Assembly: GCA_040752415.1 (NCBI GenBank)
Contig: JBFMGU010000007.1
Location: 24,993-88,992 of the forward strand
Reading direction: 5' to 3'
Length of the DNA stretch: 64,000 nucleotides
Source: Myxococcota bacterium
GTDB lineage: Bacteria; Myxococcota; JACRCW01
Of the stretch, positions 12,441 to 21,866 are shown one piece after another. The stretch's first letter is position 1. Every line of letters begins with the position of its first letter. The translations under genes were made by a program, and so were the position numbers. Below the pieces are notes generated by a model. That model was not told the DNA's origin, made no database searches, and worked only from the letters and a program-made list of their open reading frames with translations.

Positions 12441-12862
12441 AGCCTGCTGTGGACTGACCTGCGGAGCCACTTCCACCGCCTCAAAGTCCACAGCAGGCCA
12501 AAACCGCCGCGTAAGCCCCGTCGAGCAGGAGCTCTCCGGGGCTTCTTCCGTTGAGGATGCGCTTGGCCGGATACCTTCGACGACGTCGCCGCAGGAAGTG
12601 GATCTGCGAATGGAAGAAGCCCCGGAGAGCTTTGCTCGACGGGGCTTATGCGGCGGTGTTGGCCTGTTGTGGACTTTGAAGCGGTGGAAGTAGCTGCGCA
12701 GGTCAGTCCACAGCAGGCTTTCGCGCGGCGGCCCAAGCGGAGGCGGCACCACGAATGGAAGAAGCCCGGAGAGCTTTGCTCGACGGGGCTTACGCGGCGG
12801 TATTGGCCTGCTGTGGACTTTGAAGCGGTGGAAGTAGCAGCGCAGGTCAGTCCCCAGCAGGC
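12441..12862. repeat. Three ~110-bp structured repeat units, family B (12441-12552 forward; 12609-12719 and 12752-12862 reverse)
   Basis: Units are mutually highly similar; each has a stem with a 29-nt loop, then GCGTAAGCCCCG...GGGCTTCTTCC. Confidence 0.93.
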
Positions 12863-13004
12863 CAAGCGCTTTCCCCGTTGATGGATGCCCTGGCCGGGTT
12901 CCCAACCACGGTGGCCCCGCGGGCCGTCGTTTACCTCGCAGGGAATGGTGCCCGACCGCGCCAAGCATCACCCTGCACCCATCAACCCAACCCCGGAGTC
13001 ACCC

Positions 13005-13328
13005 ATGCGCCTCTCTCCTCGTCTCGTCCTCTTCGCGGTCCTCCTCGTCGTGCACGGCGTCATCACCGCGCTGGCCATGGCGGAGTTCGGCTACGTTGCG
13101 CTGTTCGAGCGGGCGCTGGCGGACTGGGCGTCCCGGCAGGTCTTCTCCGACCTCAGCGTCTCGCTGGTGCTCATCACCGTGTGGATGCTGAAGGACGGCC
13201 GGGAGCGCGGCATCAACGCGTGGCCGTACGTGGTGCTCACCCTGCCGCTCGGCTCGTTTGCGCCGCTGTTCTACCTCTTCCACCGGGAGCTCCCTGCCGC
13301 CGCAACGCGAGGCCTGGCGCGGGCTTGA
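13005..13328 (+). CDS. Small membrane protein (DUF2834-like)
   Basis: GGAG SD; QVFSDL, WMLKDGRERG and LTLPLGSFAPLFYL motifs. Confidence 0.8.
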   Translation: MRLSPRLVLFAVLLVVHGVITALAMAEFGYVALFERALADWASRQVFSDLSVSLVLITVWMLKDGRERGINAWPYVVLTLPLGSFAPLFYLFHRELPAAATRGLARA

Positions 13329-13360
13329 CGTCGACAACGACGGCGGGCCACATGGTGGGC

Positions 13361-14209
13361 ATGCGCCAGGAACACACCGCGACGAAACCCGGGAAGGTCA
13401 GCGCCGTGGGCTGGATGCTGCGCGACTGGCGCGCCGCGCGTGGACTCAGCCAGTTGGACCTGGCGCAGGAGGCGGGCGTCTCCACGCGTCACCTCAGCTT
13501 CGTCGAGACCGGGCGCGCCGAGCCCAGCCGAGAACTGCTCCTCAAGCTCTCCACCGTGCTCGGCATGCCGCCGCGGGAACGCAACGCGCTGCTCTCCTCG
13601 GCGGGATACCAGCCCATCTACAAGGAGACGCCGCTGGGCTCCCCGGGCATGGATGAGCTCCACCACGCCGTCACCCTGCTGCTCAAGCAGGCCGAGCCGT
13701 TCGGCTCCGTGGCGCTGGACCGGGACTTCGACGTCGTCATGTGCAACCGCGGCTTCGCCACCTTCGCGGCCATGCTGCTGGGACCGGAGCGCGCGCCGAA
13801 GCCCTTCGAGCTGACGTCATCACCACGGCTCAACCTGCTGGACCTGACCTTTGACCCCGTGGCCGGCGCGCGCAAGTCCATCCGCAACTGGGAGCAGGTG
13901 GCGCGTGCGGTGCTCTGGCGGGCGCGCGCGGAGCTGGCGGCCACGCGGGATCGTCACGGTCGGGAGATCCTGGAGCGCATCATGCGCCTTCCCGGCGTGG
14001 CCGAGCTGGCCTCCTCCCCCGACGAGAGCTCGGGACAAGGCCTCATCCTCCCGCTGGAACTGGAGCTGCCCGGCGTCACCCTGCGCATGTTCACCACCAT
14101 CACCACGCTGGGAACTCCGCAGGACCTCACCGCCTGTGAGCTGCGCATCGAGACCTACCACCCCGCCGACGCAGCCACCGAACAGCTCGTGCGCGCCATG
14201 GCCGGCTGA
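13361..14209 (+). CDS. XRE-family HTH regulator with MmyB-like ligand-binding domain
   Basis: LRDWRAARGLSQLDLA..VSTRHLSFVETGR; C-terminal FTTITTLGTPQDLT..ELRIE. Confidence 0.93.
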   Translation: MRQEHTATKPGKVSAVGWMLRDWRAARGLSQLDLAQEAGVSTRHLSFVETGRAEPSRELLLKLSTVLGMPPRERNALLSSAGYQPIYKETPLGSPGMDELHHAVTLLLKQAEPFGSVALDRDFDVVMCNRGFATFAAMLLGPERAPKPFELTSSPRLNLLDLTFDPVAGARKSIRNWEQVARAVLWRARAELAATRDRHGREILERIMRLPGVAELASSPDESSGQGLILPLELELPGVTLRMFTTITTLGTPQDLTACELRIETYHPADAATEQLVRAMAG

Positions 14210-14347
14210 CACGCGCGCTCAGGACGCGAAAACGTTGCGCCGGTGGCGACGACGTGCTCCCGGAAGAGCAATTTCGTTGACATGCTGGGCGGGGGGACCC
14301 CAAGACGCGTCATCACCATGGTCGCGGTGGCGCGGCCTTCAAGGAGC

Positions 14348-14842
14348 ATGATGATGCGTCAGAAGTTCTGGTTGCTGGGGGTCTTCTCAACATTGTTCCT
14401 GGTTGGAAGCATGTTCGCGTGCACGGACACCTCCAACAGCAGTGACACCGACCCCGAGTGCGCCGCGGGCAAGGACTGCATCTGCGACGGAGAGAACTGC
14501 AACATCTCCTGCGGCGGCGACAGCAAGTCGGACTGCGCATTCAAGTGCAAGGGCGGAGCAACCTGCATGTTCACCTGTGAGGGCGGCGGCTGCAGCGTCG
14601 AGTGCTCCGGGGATTCCAGCTGCACGGTGAACTGCGCCGGCGGTACCTGCGCCAACACCTGCACCGACGCCAAGAGCTGCCACGTGAACTGCTCCGGCAA
14701 CGGCTGCGGTCTCAACTGCGGCAGCGGCGCGGAGATGTGCATGATCGAGGAGTGCACCAGCACCTGCGCGTTGGCGTGCAATGGCGCCAGCGGCTGCAGC
14801 AACAGCTGCGACGTGGCGGCGGGCTGCACCACCTCCAACTGA
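14348..14842 (+). CDS. Cysteine-rich repeat lipoprotein
   Basis: AAGGAG SD; lipobox MFAC; 27 Cys in a regular pattern. Confidence 0.85.
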   Translation: MMMRQKFWLLGVFSTLFLVGSMFACTDTSNSSDTDPECAAGKDCICDGENCNISCGGDSKSDCAFKCKGGATCMFTCEGGGCSVECSGDSSCTVNCAGGTCANTCTDAKSCHVNCSGNGCGLNCGSGAEMCMIEECTSTCALACNGASGCSNSCDVAAGCTTSN

Positions 14843-14885
14843 AGTCCCTGCTTCCCGCTCGCCCGGGTCGTGGCATGATGCTGCC

Positions 14886-16100
14886 ATGGTCGCGGTCGAC
14901 GTCGTGGTGGTGGGTGCGGGCCCGGTGGGATGTGCCGGTGCGCTGCGACTGCACCACGCCGGCCTTCGCGTCCTCCTGCTGGAACGCAGCGCCTGGGACC
15001 GCGTCTCCCCTCCCCAGCTCACGAGCATCACCCCGCGGGCCCTGCACGACGTGGAGAGCCTGGGCCTGGCCGCGCCCATCCGCGAGGCGTGTGTCACCCG
15101 CGGCATCACCTTCCGCATGATCAGCCACCGCGGCGCGGAGGTGCGCAAGCAGCACCCCCCGTCGGAGGCGAGGCTCTACTTCCACCGTCCGCCCGTCGAC
15201 CTGGCGATGCGGCGTCGGGTGGCCTCGTCGGGAGTTCCGCACCAGGCGGGGGTCCGACGCGTGGAGCCGCTGGTGCATGGCGGCAGGGTCACCGGCGTCC
15301 GCTACGAGAACGCCGACGGTGAACACACCGTGCAGGCTGCGTTGGTGCTCGCCGCCGACGGGCGGGGCTCACGCCTGGCGCGCGCGGTGTCGCTCCCCGC
15401 CGCGGAGGTGGGTTTCCAGCGCGTGTACCAGGGCCGGCTGCTGGCCACGGACGCCTGGCCCGACGACACGCTGGCGGTCCTGGGAACGGGAATGCCCGGG
15501 GTGACCTTCCTGGTGTTCTCGTGGCGTCGGGAGGCCGGGCGCGCGGTGTACGTGGAGCTGGAGACGGACCTGGCGCGTCACCCGGAGGCGTTGTCGACGG
15601 CATCCGGCGGGCCGGAGGCGCACTTTGAGCGCGCGGCGCGGTCGCAACCGGGACTGGCCGGGCTCCTGGCGGCTTCGCATCCCATCGAGGAGCACAGCGC
15701 GGTCACGCTCATGGGTGTGCGAAGGACACGCCTGTTCGTGCCGGGCATGTGCCTGGTGGGTGACGCCGCCGCCACGGTGGACCCGATTGGCTCGTCGGGA
15801 ATGCTGCTGGGCGTCCAGGGCGTGGTGGACCTGGCGGAGCGCATCATCCGGGATGGGGTGGCGGGGTGTGACTACCGTGCGTGGGAGCAAGGCCACCTGG
15901 CACGCGTGCGTGAGATCGCGCGCTATGCGGCGCTGTTGCGCTCGTCGGTGGACCACCCGTGGCGCATGGACCTGGCGGCGCGGGTGATGGCGGCGGTTCC
16001 GTTGGCGCGGGAGCACGCGCTGGGCACCATGAACGGAACGCGCCCGTTCACGGAGATGTGGAGTCCGTCGAGGATGTGGTCCTTGTTGCGGGGAAACTGA
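14886..16100 (+). CDS. FAD-dependent monooxygenase/oxidoreductase
   Basis: VVVGAGPVG, AADG..S, LVGDAA..VDP..SSG. Confidence 0.9.
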   Translation: MVAVDVVVVGAGPVGCAGALRLHHAGLRVLLLERSAWDRVSPPQLTSITPRALHDVESLGLAAPIREACVTRGITFRMISHRGAEVRKQHPPSEARLYFHRPPVDLAMRRRVASSGVPHQAGVRRVEPLVHGGRVTGVRYENADGEHTVQAALVLAADGRGSRLARAVSLPAAEVGFQRVYQGRLLATDAWPDDTLAVLGTGMPGVTFLVFSWRREAGRAVYVELETDLARHPEALSTASGGPEAHFERAARSQPGLAGLLAASHPIEEHSAVTLMGVRRTRLFVPGMCLVGDAAATVDPIGSSGMLLGVQGVVDLAERIIRDGVAGCDYRAWEQGHLARVREIARYAALLRSSVDHPWRMDLAARVMAAVPLAREHALGTMNGTRPFTEMWSPSRMWSLLRGN

Positions 16101-16534
16101 TGGCTTCATTCGGGATGGGCGTCACGCGCATGCTGGAGGACTTCATGGCATTCCTGAATGTCGACCTGGACGTTGTGGCGAAGGTGGAACCCACGGAGCT
16201 CCACCAGGTGCTCGACAAGAAACTCGTCACGCTCCACGCGGAGCACGGCGACTTTCGAACCACGCGGTGGTACCGCCGGTGTTGGGTCGCCACCTACGAG
16301 GTTCGTCGGGGACCACGGGATGTTGATCACGCGATCAAGCAGTTCCACCACGTCATTCTGAGCCTGCGGGGAAGGGCGCGCACGCAGTGGCAGCAGGCGA
16401 CGGTGCGACAGATGAGCATCGGGATCGAACAAGAAGCAGCGCGCCTCTACAGCTTCATCTCCGCAACGAGTGTGGCCCGGATGCAGGAGGTGGGGTGCTC
16501 GATGGAGATCGTTGTATACCCTCGAGACCTCTGA
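16100..16534 (+). CDS. Hypothetical protein (FLNVDLD...VYP type; possibly DUF4279-like)
   Basis: ATG overlaps the upstream TGA (TGATG); globular composition. Confidence 0.7.
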   Translation: MASFGMGVTRMLEDFMAFLNVDLDVVAKVEPTELHQVLDKKLVTLHAEHGDFRTTRWYRRCWVATYEVRRGPRDVDHAIKQFHHVILSLRGRARTQWQQATVRQMSIGIEQEAARLYSFISATSVARMQEVGCSMEIVVYPRDL

Positions 16535-16550
16535 GGACTGGGTTGTTGGA

Positions 16551-18443
16551 ATGCGAGGTGTGGTGATGCGGGTTGGCCGAATGACGTTGGTGCTTCTGGG
16601 ATGTCTCGCGGTGCTCCTTTCCACGTCGGAAGCGTGGGCGCAGACCTGCGCGCCGGGCAGCTCCAGCGTCGATGGCCAGGAGCCCTGCAGCCAGTGTCCA
16701 GCAGGAACGTTCCAGCCCAGCCCCGGCCAGACTTCCTGTCTGCCCTGCAGCGCGGGCTACTACAACGACCAGCCCGGCGCGACGTCGTGCACCGCGTGTC
16801 CCTCGGGCAGTTTCCAGCCCAACGCGGGCGCCATCTCGTGCAATCTGTGTGGTGTCGGCACGTTCCAGTCTCTCGCCGGTGGTACCACCTGCAACCCGTG
16901 TCCTCCTGGCACCGCACAACCCAACACCGGCGGGTCCTTGTGCAACCCGTGCGCTCCCGGGACCTTCCAGGAGCAGAGCGGCGCGCAGTCGTGCAACCCG
17001 TGCACGCTGGGAACGCATCAGTCCCAGGCTGGCGCCACGTCGTGTGACTTCTGTGCGGCCGGTTCCTACGCGGACCAGGTTGGCATGGCGGAGTGTGCGC
17101 CGTGTAACGTCGGGGCCTTCCAGGCCAACATCGGCGCGGTGGCGTGCAACCCGTGTGCACCGGGAGCATTTGCCGCGCAGGCGGGGGCGGTGGCCTGCGA
17201 CGACTGCGGCGTGGGCACGTTCCAGGATTCCGAGGGCCAGTCGACGTGCCTGGACTGCGCGGCGGGCACCTTCCAGGGCAACGTCGGTGCCGTCTCGTGT
17301 GACCTGTGCGTGCCCGGCACGGCCCAGCCGGTGACGGGACAGGCGTCGTGTCCGTCGTGCGCGCCGGGGACGTACCAGTCACAGTCGGGAGCGCTCACGT
17401 GCGTGGATTGCCAGGCCGGGTACTACCAGCCCGACGTGGGCCAGCAGGAATGCCTGGCGTGCCCGCCCGGGACGTACCAGTCGCAGGCGGGTGCGTCGTC
17501 GTGCGACCCGTGTCCCGCGGGAACCTACCAGGGCGTGACGGCGCAGATTTCGTGCAAACCGTGTGAGGCCGACACGTGGTCCAACCCCGGAGCCACGGGC
17601 TGCCAGGCGTGTCCGCCGCCGCAGGACGCCACGGATGACTGCGTGGCCGAGGCCTGCGTGAATGGCGTGGTGGTGGAGGTCGCCGACGACGCCGAGGTTC
17701 CTCCCGACGACGGCGTGGCGTGCACCACCGAGGTCTGCATCCTGGGCACACCCGTTCATGTCCCCAACGACGCCCTGTGCAGCGACGGCGAGTTCTGCTC
17801 GGGCGCCGAGCACTGCGACCCCCAGCAGGGCTGCGTCAGCGACGGAAATCCGTGCGGGGATGCGGGTGTGTGCGGCAGCGCCTGTGACGGCGACGCCGGT
17901 CAGTGCGCTCCCCCGCACGCCGCCTGCTGCGACGAGAACACGCCCTGCGCCGACAACGACCCGTGCACCGACGATGCGTGCGTGAACAACGTGTGCGTCT
18001 CCACGGTGGATCCAGATTGCACGCCGGACGGCGGCGCACTGGACGCGGGGCTCCCGGATGCGGCGGCGCTGGACGCCACGCTTCCCGACGCCGAGGTCCT
18101 GTTGGACGCGGGGACCGCGGATGCTGCGGTGATTCCGGATGCCGCCATCACGCCGGATGCCGCGCCCACACCTGACGCTGCCGTGGCTCCCGACGCCGCG
18201 GTGCTTGCCGACGCCGCCGTGACCCCTGACGCTGCTCCCCGCCCGGATGCCGCGGTGGCGGATGCGGCTTCACCCTCGTCGGACGCGTCGGTGCTGGTGG
18301 ACGCCGGGACTGCCGCGGCCGACGCGGGTGGTGGGGAAGAGGAGACGGATGGCTGCACGTGTCAGGCGTCTTCGTCGGTGAATGGCCCGGGGATGCTGGC
18401 GCTCGCCGGGTTGCCATGGCTTGTGCGTCGTCGTCGTCGCTGA
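16551..18443 (+). CDS. Surface protein with 19 tandem 17-aa Cys repeats (GCC2_GCC3/ephrin-receptor-like), PDAA linker and MYXO-CTERM-type anchor
   Basis: Signal peptide; CxxG[TS][FY]QxxxGxxxC repeats at 16647-17609; C-terminal GCTC...hydrophobic...RRRRR. Confidence 0.9.
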   Translation: MRGVVMRVGRMTLVLLGCLAVLLSTSEAWAQTCAPGSSSVDGQEPCSQCPAGTFQPSPGQTSCLPCSAGYYNDQPGATSCTACPSGSFQPNAGAISCNLCGVGTFQSLAGGTTCNPCPPGTAQPNTGGSLCNPCAPGTFQEQSGAQSCNPCTLGTHQSQAGATSCDFCAAGSYADQVGMAECAPCNVGAFQANIGAVACNPCAPGAFAAQAGAVACDDCGVGTFQDSEGQSTCLDCAAGTFQGNVGAVSCDLCVPGTAQPVTGQASCPSCAPGTYQSQSGALTCVDCQAGYYQPDVGQQECLACPPGTYQSQAGASSCDPCPAGTYQGVTAQISCKPCEADTWSNPGATGCQACPPPQDATDDCVAEACVNGVVVEVADDAEVPPDDGVACTTEVCILGTPVHVPNDALCSDGEFCSGAEHCDPQQGCVSDGNPCGDAGVCGSACDGDAGQCAPPHAACCDENTPCADNDPCTDDACVNNVCVSTVDPDCTPDGGALDAGLPDAAALDATLPDAEVLLDAGTADAAVIPDAAITPDAAPTPDAAVAPDAAVLADAAVTPDAAPRPDAAVADAASPSSDASVLVDAGTAAADAGGGEEETDGCTCQASSSVNGPGMLALAGLPWLVRRRRR

Positions 18444-18568
18444 GGACGGTTGGAGCGATTCAGCCCGGTCTGTGGCGCGGACATTCCTGTCTGTGATCGT
18501 CGACGACGCAGCACCATCAACCTCCGTGCTGGTCACCGATCCGGGCATTACCTCCGTCGGGTTGCGTC

Positions 18569-18884
18569 ATGGATCCCGCGGACCTCATCGGGTGGACCAG
18601 CTCGGTCATCCTGCTGCTCACCATTGGCACGCAGGTGCATAAGCAGTGGCGTGAGGGGCGCAGCGAGGGCGTGTCCCCCTGGCTCTTCATCGGTCAGTGC
18701 GCGGGCCTCGGCGGGGTTCACGTTGTACAGCTGGCTCGTGGGTGACCCGGTCTTCGTCGTCACCAATGCCATGCTGTTCGTGAGCGCGCTCACCGGCCTC
18801 ACCATCCTCACGCACCACCGCAGGCGCGGGCGCAACCGCCCAACCGGCCTCCCCCGGGGACACGACGCGCTCACTTCACCTTGA
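18569..18884 (+). pseudogene. SemiSWEET/PQ-loop-like membrane protein with a +1 frameshift near 18704
   Basis: MDPADLIGWTSSVILLLTIGTQVHKQWREGRSEGVSPWLFIGQCA continues as ASAGFTLYSWLVGDPVFVVTNAML only after skipping one G. Confidence 0.8.
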
Positions 18885-19818
18885 GCACGATCTTCCCGCG
18901 GGTATGCCCGGCGCGGCTCAGGTCCTGCGCACGCGCGGCGTCCTGCAGCGGCATGACCTGGACGGCGGGCGGTTTCAGCTGGCCCTCGTCGATGAGTCGC
19001 GCCAGGTGACGCAGCTGCTGGCCGCTGGGCGCCACGAACACGTAACCGCCCTCGACACCATGCTGGTCGGCCAGCGCGCGGTCCGGCATGCCCACGATGC
19101 TCACCACCTTCCCGCCCCGACGGGTCATCCCGTACGCCTGCTTCTGCGCCTCACCCCCCACGAAGTCCAGCACCACGTCGACACCGTCGGGAACGTGCCG
19201 GCGCACCGCCTTCGCCACGTCCTCCTGCGTGTAGTCGATGGCGAGCTCCGCGCCGAGGCTCCGGACGTACTCGTGATTCTTCGCGCTGGCGGTGGTGAGC
19301 ACGCGCGCCCCCGCCACGCGGGCCAGCTGGATGCCCATGCTCCCGACGCCACCGGCCCCGCCTTGTACCAGCACGGTCTGTCCCGCCTTCACTCCCGCCA
19401 GCTCCAGGCACTGCAACGCGGTCAGCCCCACGAGGGGAATGGCCGCGGCCGCCTCGAACGCGAGCGTGGCGGGCATGGGCGCCACCGAGGTCTCCGGCAC
19501 CGTCACGAGCTCCGCGTAGGTGCCCCACTGCACCTCCGGCTTGCGACAGTACGCGTAGACCTTCTCGCCCTTGTGGAAACCCTTCACCGCGCTGCCCACG
19601 GCGGCCACCGTGCCCGCGGCGTCCCAGCCGGGAATGAGCGGGAAGTGGTGCGGGAACATCCGGGCCAGCTTGCCCTCGCGGATCTTCCAGTCCACCGGGT
19701 TCACCGACGTGGCGGCAATCTCGACGAGCACCTCCCCCGCGGCGGGATTGGGGCTCGGCAGCTCCGCCGGGTGCAGCTTGTCCGCGCCGCCAAACGCGTC
19801 GATCACGATCGCCTTCAT
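18871..19818 (-). CDS. NADP-dependent oxidoreductase (MDR/quinone reductase-like)
   Basis: SVNPVDWK, PGWDAAG, GGAGGVG, GKIVL. Confidence 0.95.
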   Translation of the reverse strand: MKAIVIDAFGGADKLHPAELPSPNPAAGEVLVEIAATSVNPVDWKIREGKLARMFPHHFPLIPGWDAAGTVAAVGSAVKGFHKGEKVYAYCRKPEVQWGTYAELVTVPETSVAPMPATLAFEAAAAIPLVGLTALQCLELAGVKAGQTVLVQGGAGGVGSMGIQLARVAGARVLTTASAKNHEYVRSLGAELAIDYTQEDVAKAVRRHVPDGVDVVLDFVGGEAQKQAYGMTRRGGKVVSIVGMPDRALADQHGVEGGYVFVAPSGQQLRHLARLIDEGQLKPPAVQVMPLQDAARAQDLSRAGHTRGKIVLKVK

Positions 19819-19873
19819 GGGTGCTCCTCGTCGTGAAAACGAGGGTCAGCCATGGCGCGGGCCACCAGGGGTG

Positions 19874-20953
19874 TCAAGGAGCGCGCGACGCGGCGAAGTA
19901 CGAAACACCGTTGGGTCGCTCACCGGTGGGGATGGTCGCCAGCACGGTGCGCTCGTCGGTGCTGACCACGGAGAGCGTGCCGTCCACCACGTTGGTGACG
20001 TAGAGGCTCCGACCGTCCGGCGCCACCGTCACGCCGTGCGCGCCCTGGCCCACCGTGATGGTGTGGGTCACCGCCATGGCCGGCACGCTGACCTCGTAGA
20101 GCAGCGGTGACGACGGGCGGTCCATGAGCACGCCCTGGTCACACACGTAGAGGCGCTGGGAGTCGGGGGAGACGTGGAGCTGGATGGGACCGCGGGATTC
20201 CGGCGGCAGCGCCAGACGTCGCAGCTCCCCGGTGGCCAGCGTGAGACGCACCACCTCGCGCGTGTCGTACAGCGTGACGAACACGTAGCGCCCGTCGGGG
20301 GAGCACGCGGTCTGCACCGCCATCCCCTCCAGCGGGACCTCCGTCGTCGTTGCGGTTTCGGGGTCCACCACCACCAGCGCGCCGGCGTCCATGGTGGCCA
20401 CGTAGAGCTTCCCCTGGCACATCCGCAGCCCGTGCGGACCGCTCCCCGCGCCCAGCTCCGCCAACGCCGTCACGGCGCGCGTGTCCACGTCCAGCCGGTA
20501 CAGCGTCCCGGTGGTGTAGGCGGTCACGTAGGCGTAGCGGGACGCGTCGTCGACGACCACGTGCGCCAGGTGCAGCCCCTCGCCCAGCACCACGCGGTCC
20601 ACGATCTCGTCGGTGACGGGGTCCACCACCACCACCTGCTCCTCGGCGGTGCCGTGCCCCGGCATGGGCGGCGCGGTGATCCAGACCGTGCGACCATCCG
20701 GCGCCACCTGCACGTTGTGCGGCATGTACATCACCGCGGTGTTCAGGTTGATGCGCCCCACGCGCTGCAACGTGTGCGGGTCCACCACGTCGACGGTGCC
20801 GGCCATCTCCGCCGCCACGTACACCTTGTCCTGCGGCGCGGAGGGCGAGCCGGCGTCGTCGGGTCCGGGGGGATTGCCGCCAGTGCACGCGGCCAGCGCC
20901 GCCGTCAGGGCGCACCACCGCAGGGAATTCGTCGTCACGCCAGGGCGCCGCAT
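19874..20953 (-). CDS. YVTN/YncE beta-propeller lipoprotein
   Basis: Lipobox LAAC; repeated PHxVxVxPDG and LYVTN blades. Confidence 0.88.
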   Translation of the reverse strand: MRRPGVTTNSLRWCALTAALAACTGGNPPGPDDAGSPSAPQDKVYVAAEMAGTVDVVDPHTLQRVGRINLNTAVMYMPHNVQVAPDGRTVWITAPPMPGHGTAEEQVVVVDPVTDEIVDRVVLGEGLHLAHVVVDDASRYAYVTAYTTGTLYRLDVDTRAVTALAELGAGSGPHGLRMCQGKLYVATMDAGALVVVDPETATTTEVPLEGMAVQTACSPDGRYVFVTLYDTREVVRLTLATGELRRLALPPESRGPIQLHVSPDSQRLYVCDQGVLMDRPSSPLLYEVSVPAMAVTHTITVGQGAHGVTVAPDGRSLYVTNVVDGTLSVVSTDERTVLATIPTGERPNGVSYFAASRAP

Positions 20954-21006
20954 GGGCGCGTCCGGCGTGCACGCGGCGTACCCGGGGCGCTTGCTCCAAC
21001 GTCAGC

Positions 21007-21669
21007 TCAGGCGCGGATGGGCCCGGTGAGCAGGCCCAGGTCGGCCGGCACGCTGCGCCCGGCGCCCCGACGCTCCTCCGCGTAGGTCCGCGCCATCTGC
21101 ACCAGCTCGGCGTTCACGCGCTCCGGCAGATTGTGCACGCGCGCCAGCGGCAGGCCCATGGTGACCACCTTGAGCACCAGCTGGTTGAACGTCCCGTCGG
21201 GGAAGTGCGCCGCGGGGTAGGGGTTTTCACACGCCAGCGCCTCGAACACCGTCGGGATGGAGCCGCGCGAGGCGTCGGTGGCCTGGTTGAGGAAACGGCG
21301 CGGCTCGTCGATGAGCGGCAGCGTGCGCAGCAACGCGCATTTCTCCCCCGACTCCGCGTAGCGGTAGAGGTCGGAGAGCAGCGTCACGTACTTGTCGGCG
21401 GGAAGCTGTTGCGCGGCGGCCAGCAGCATGGCGGCGCGGGCCAGCTCCGACAGCGGCCAGGCGGTGCGCCAGCTGCACCACGGCGTGGCCTGCTCGCTGG
21501 CGTCGAGCTCACGGGTCACGCCGGAGAACGCAATCAGGAACGCGTCGGTGCGGAGCGCGCCGCCGCCGCCGTCAAACGCCAGGCCCGTCCGTCGGGTGAT
21601 GCTCTCCTGCCAGGACGAGGTGGCGGCGGGAAGGCTGGAGAGGACGTGCTCGAGAGCGGAAGGTGCCAT
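21007..21669 (-). CDS. EboA-domain protein
   Basis: ELARAAML, EK.A.LR.LP, FEALACENPYPA.HF....FNQLVLK, ER..AGRSVP.D. Confidence 0.8.
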   Translation of the reverse strand: MAPSALEHVLSSLPAATSSWQESITRRTGLAFDGGGGALRTDAFLIAFSGVTRELDASEQATPWCSWRTAWPLSELARAAMLLAAAQQLPADKYVTLLSDLYRYAESGEKCALLRTLPLIDEPRRFLNQATDASRGSIPTVFEALACENPYPAAHFPDGTFNQLVLKVVTMGLPLARVHNLPERVNAELVQMARTYAEERRGAGRSVPADLGLLTGPIRA

Positions 21670-21837
21670 GCGTGACCCCACGGGGTTTTGTGTGCCCCCC
21701 GCTAACGCTTCCCGCTCGAGGCTTATTCGCATGACGCGCCGGGTCGAATTCCCACAAATGTCCGCGCGGAGCGCGCATCCGCTGCGCCGGCGCAGTCCCA
21801 ACCCGCACGCCTTGCCGGTGGCCTCGACGGAAGCGGA

Positions 21838-21853
21838 TGGCCGCCCGTTTGCA
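21838..21853 (+). promoter_or_regulatory. Putative sigma54 (-24/-12) promoter
   Basis: TGGCCG-CCCGT-TTGCA, GG-N10-GC spacing, 13 nt before ATG 21867. Confidence 0.6.
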
Positions 21854-21866
21854 GTGGCCTCAGGGC

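Noticed and set aside
12441..12862. CRISPR array
   Set aside because: Units are ~110 bp, in mixed orientation, only three, and there are no cas genes in the window.
11885..12964. ORFs with repeated CGLTCAATSTASKST peptides (RiPP-precursor-like)
   Set aside because: Derived from family B DNA repeats present in both orientations, overlapping gcvT, with no modifying enzymes nearby.
14348..16100. Cys-rich peptide plus flavoenzyme as a RiPP cluster
   Set aside because: The Cys-rich protein has a lipoprotein signal; no radical SAM, YcaO, Lan or transporter genes; the oxidoreductase appears to have its own promoter.
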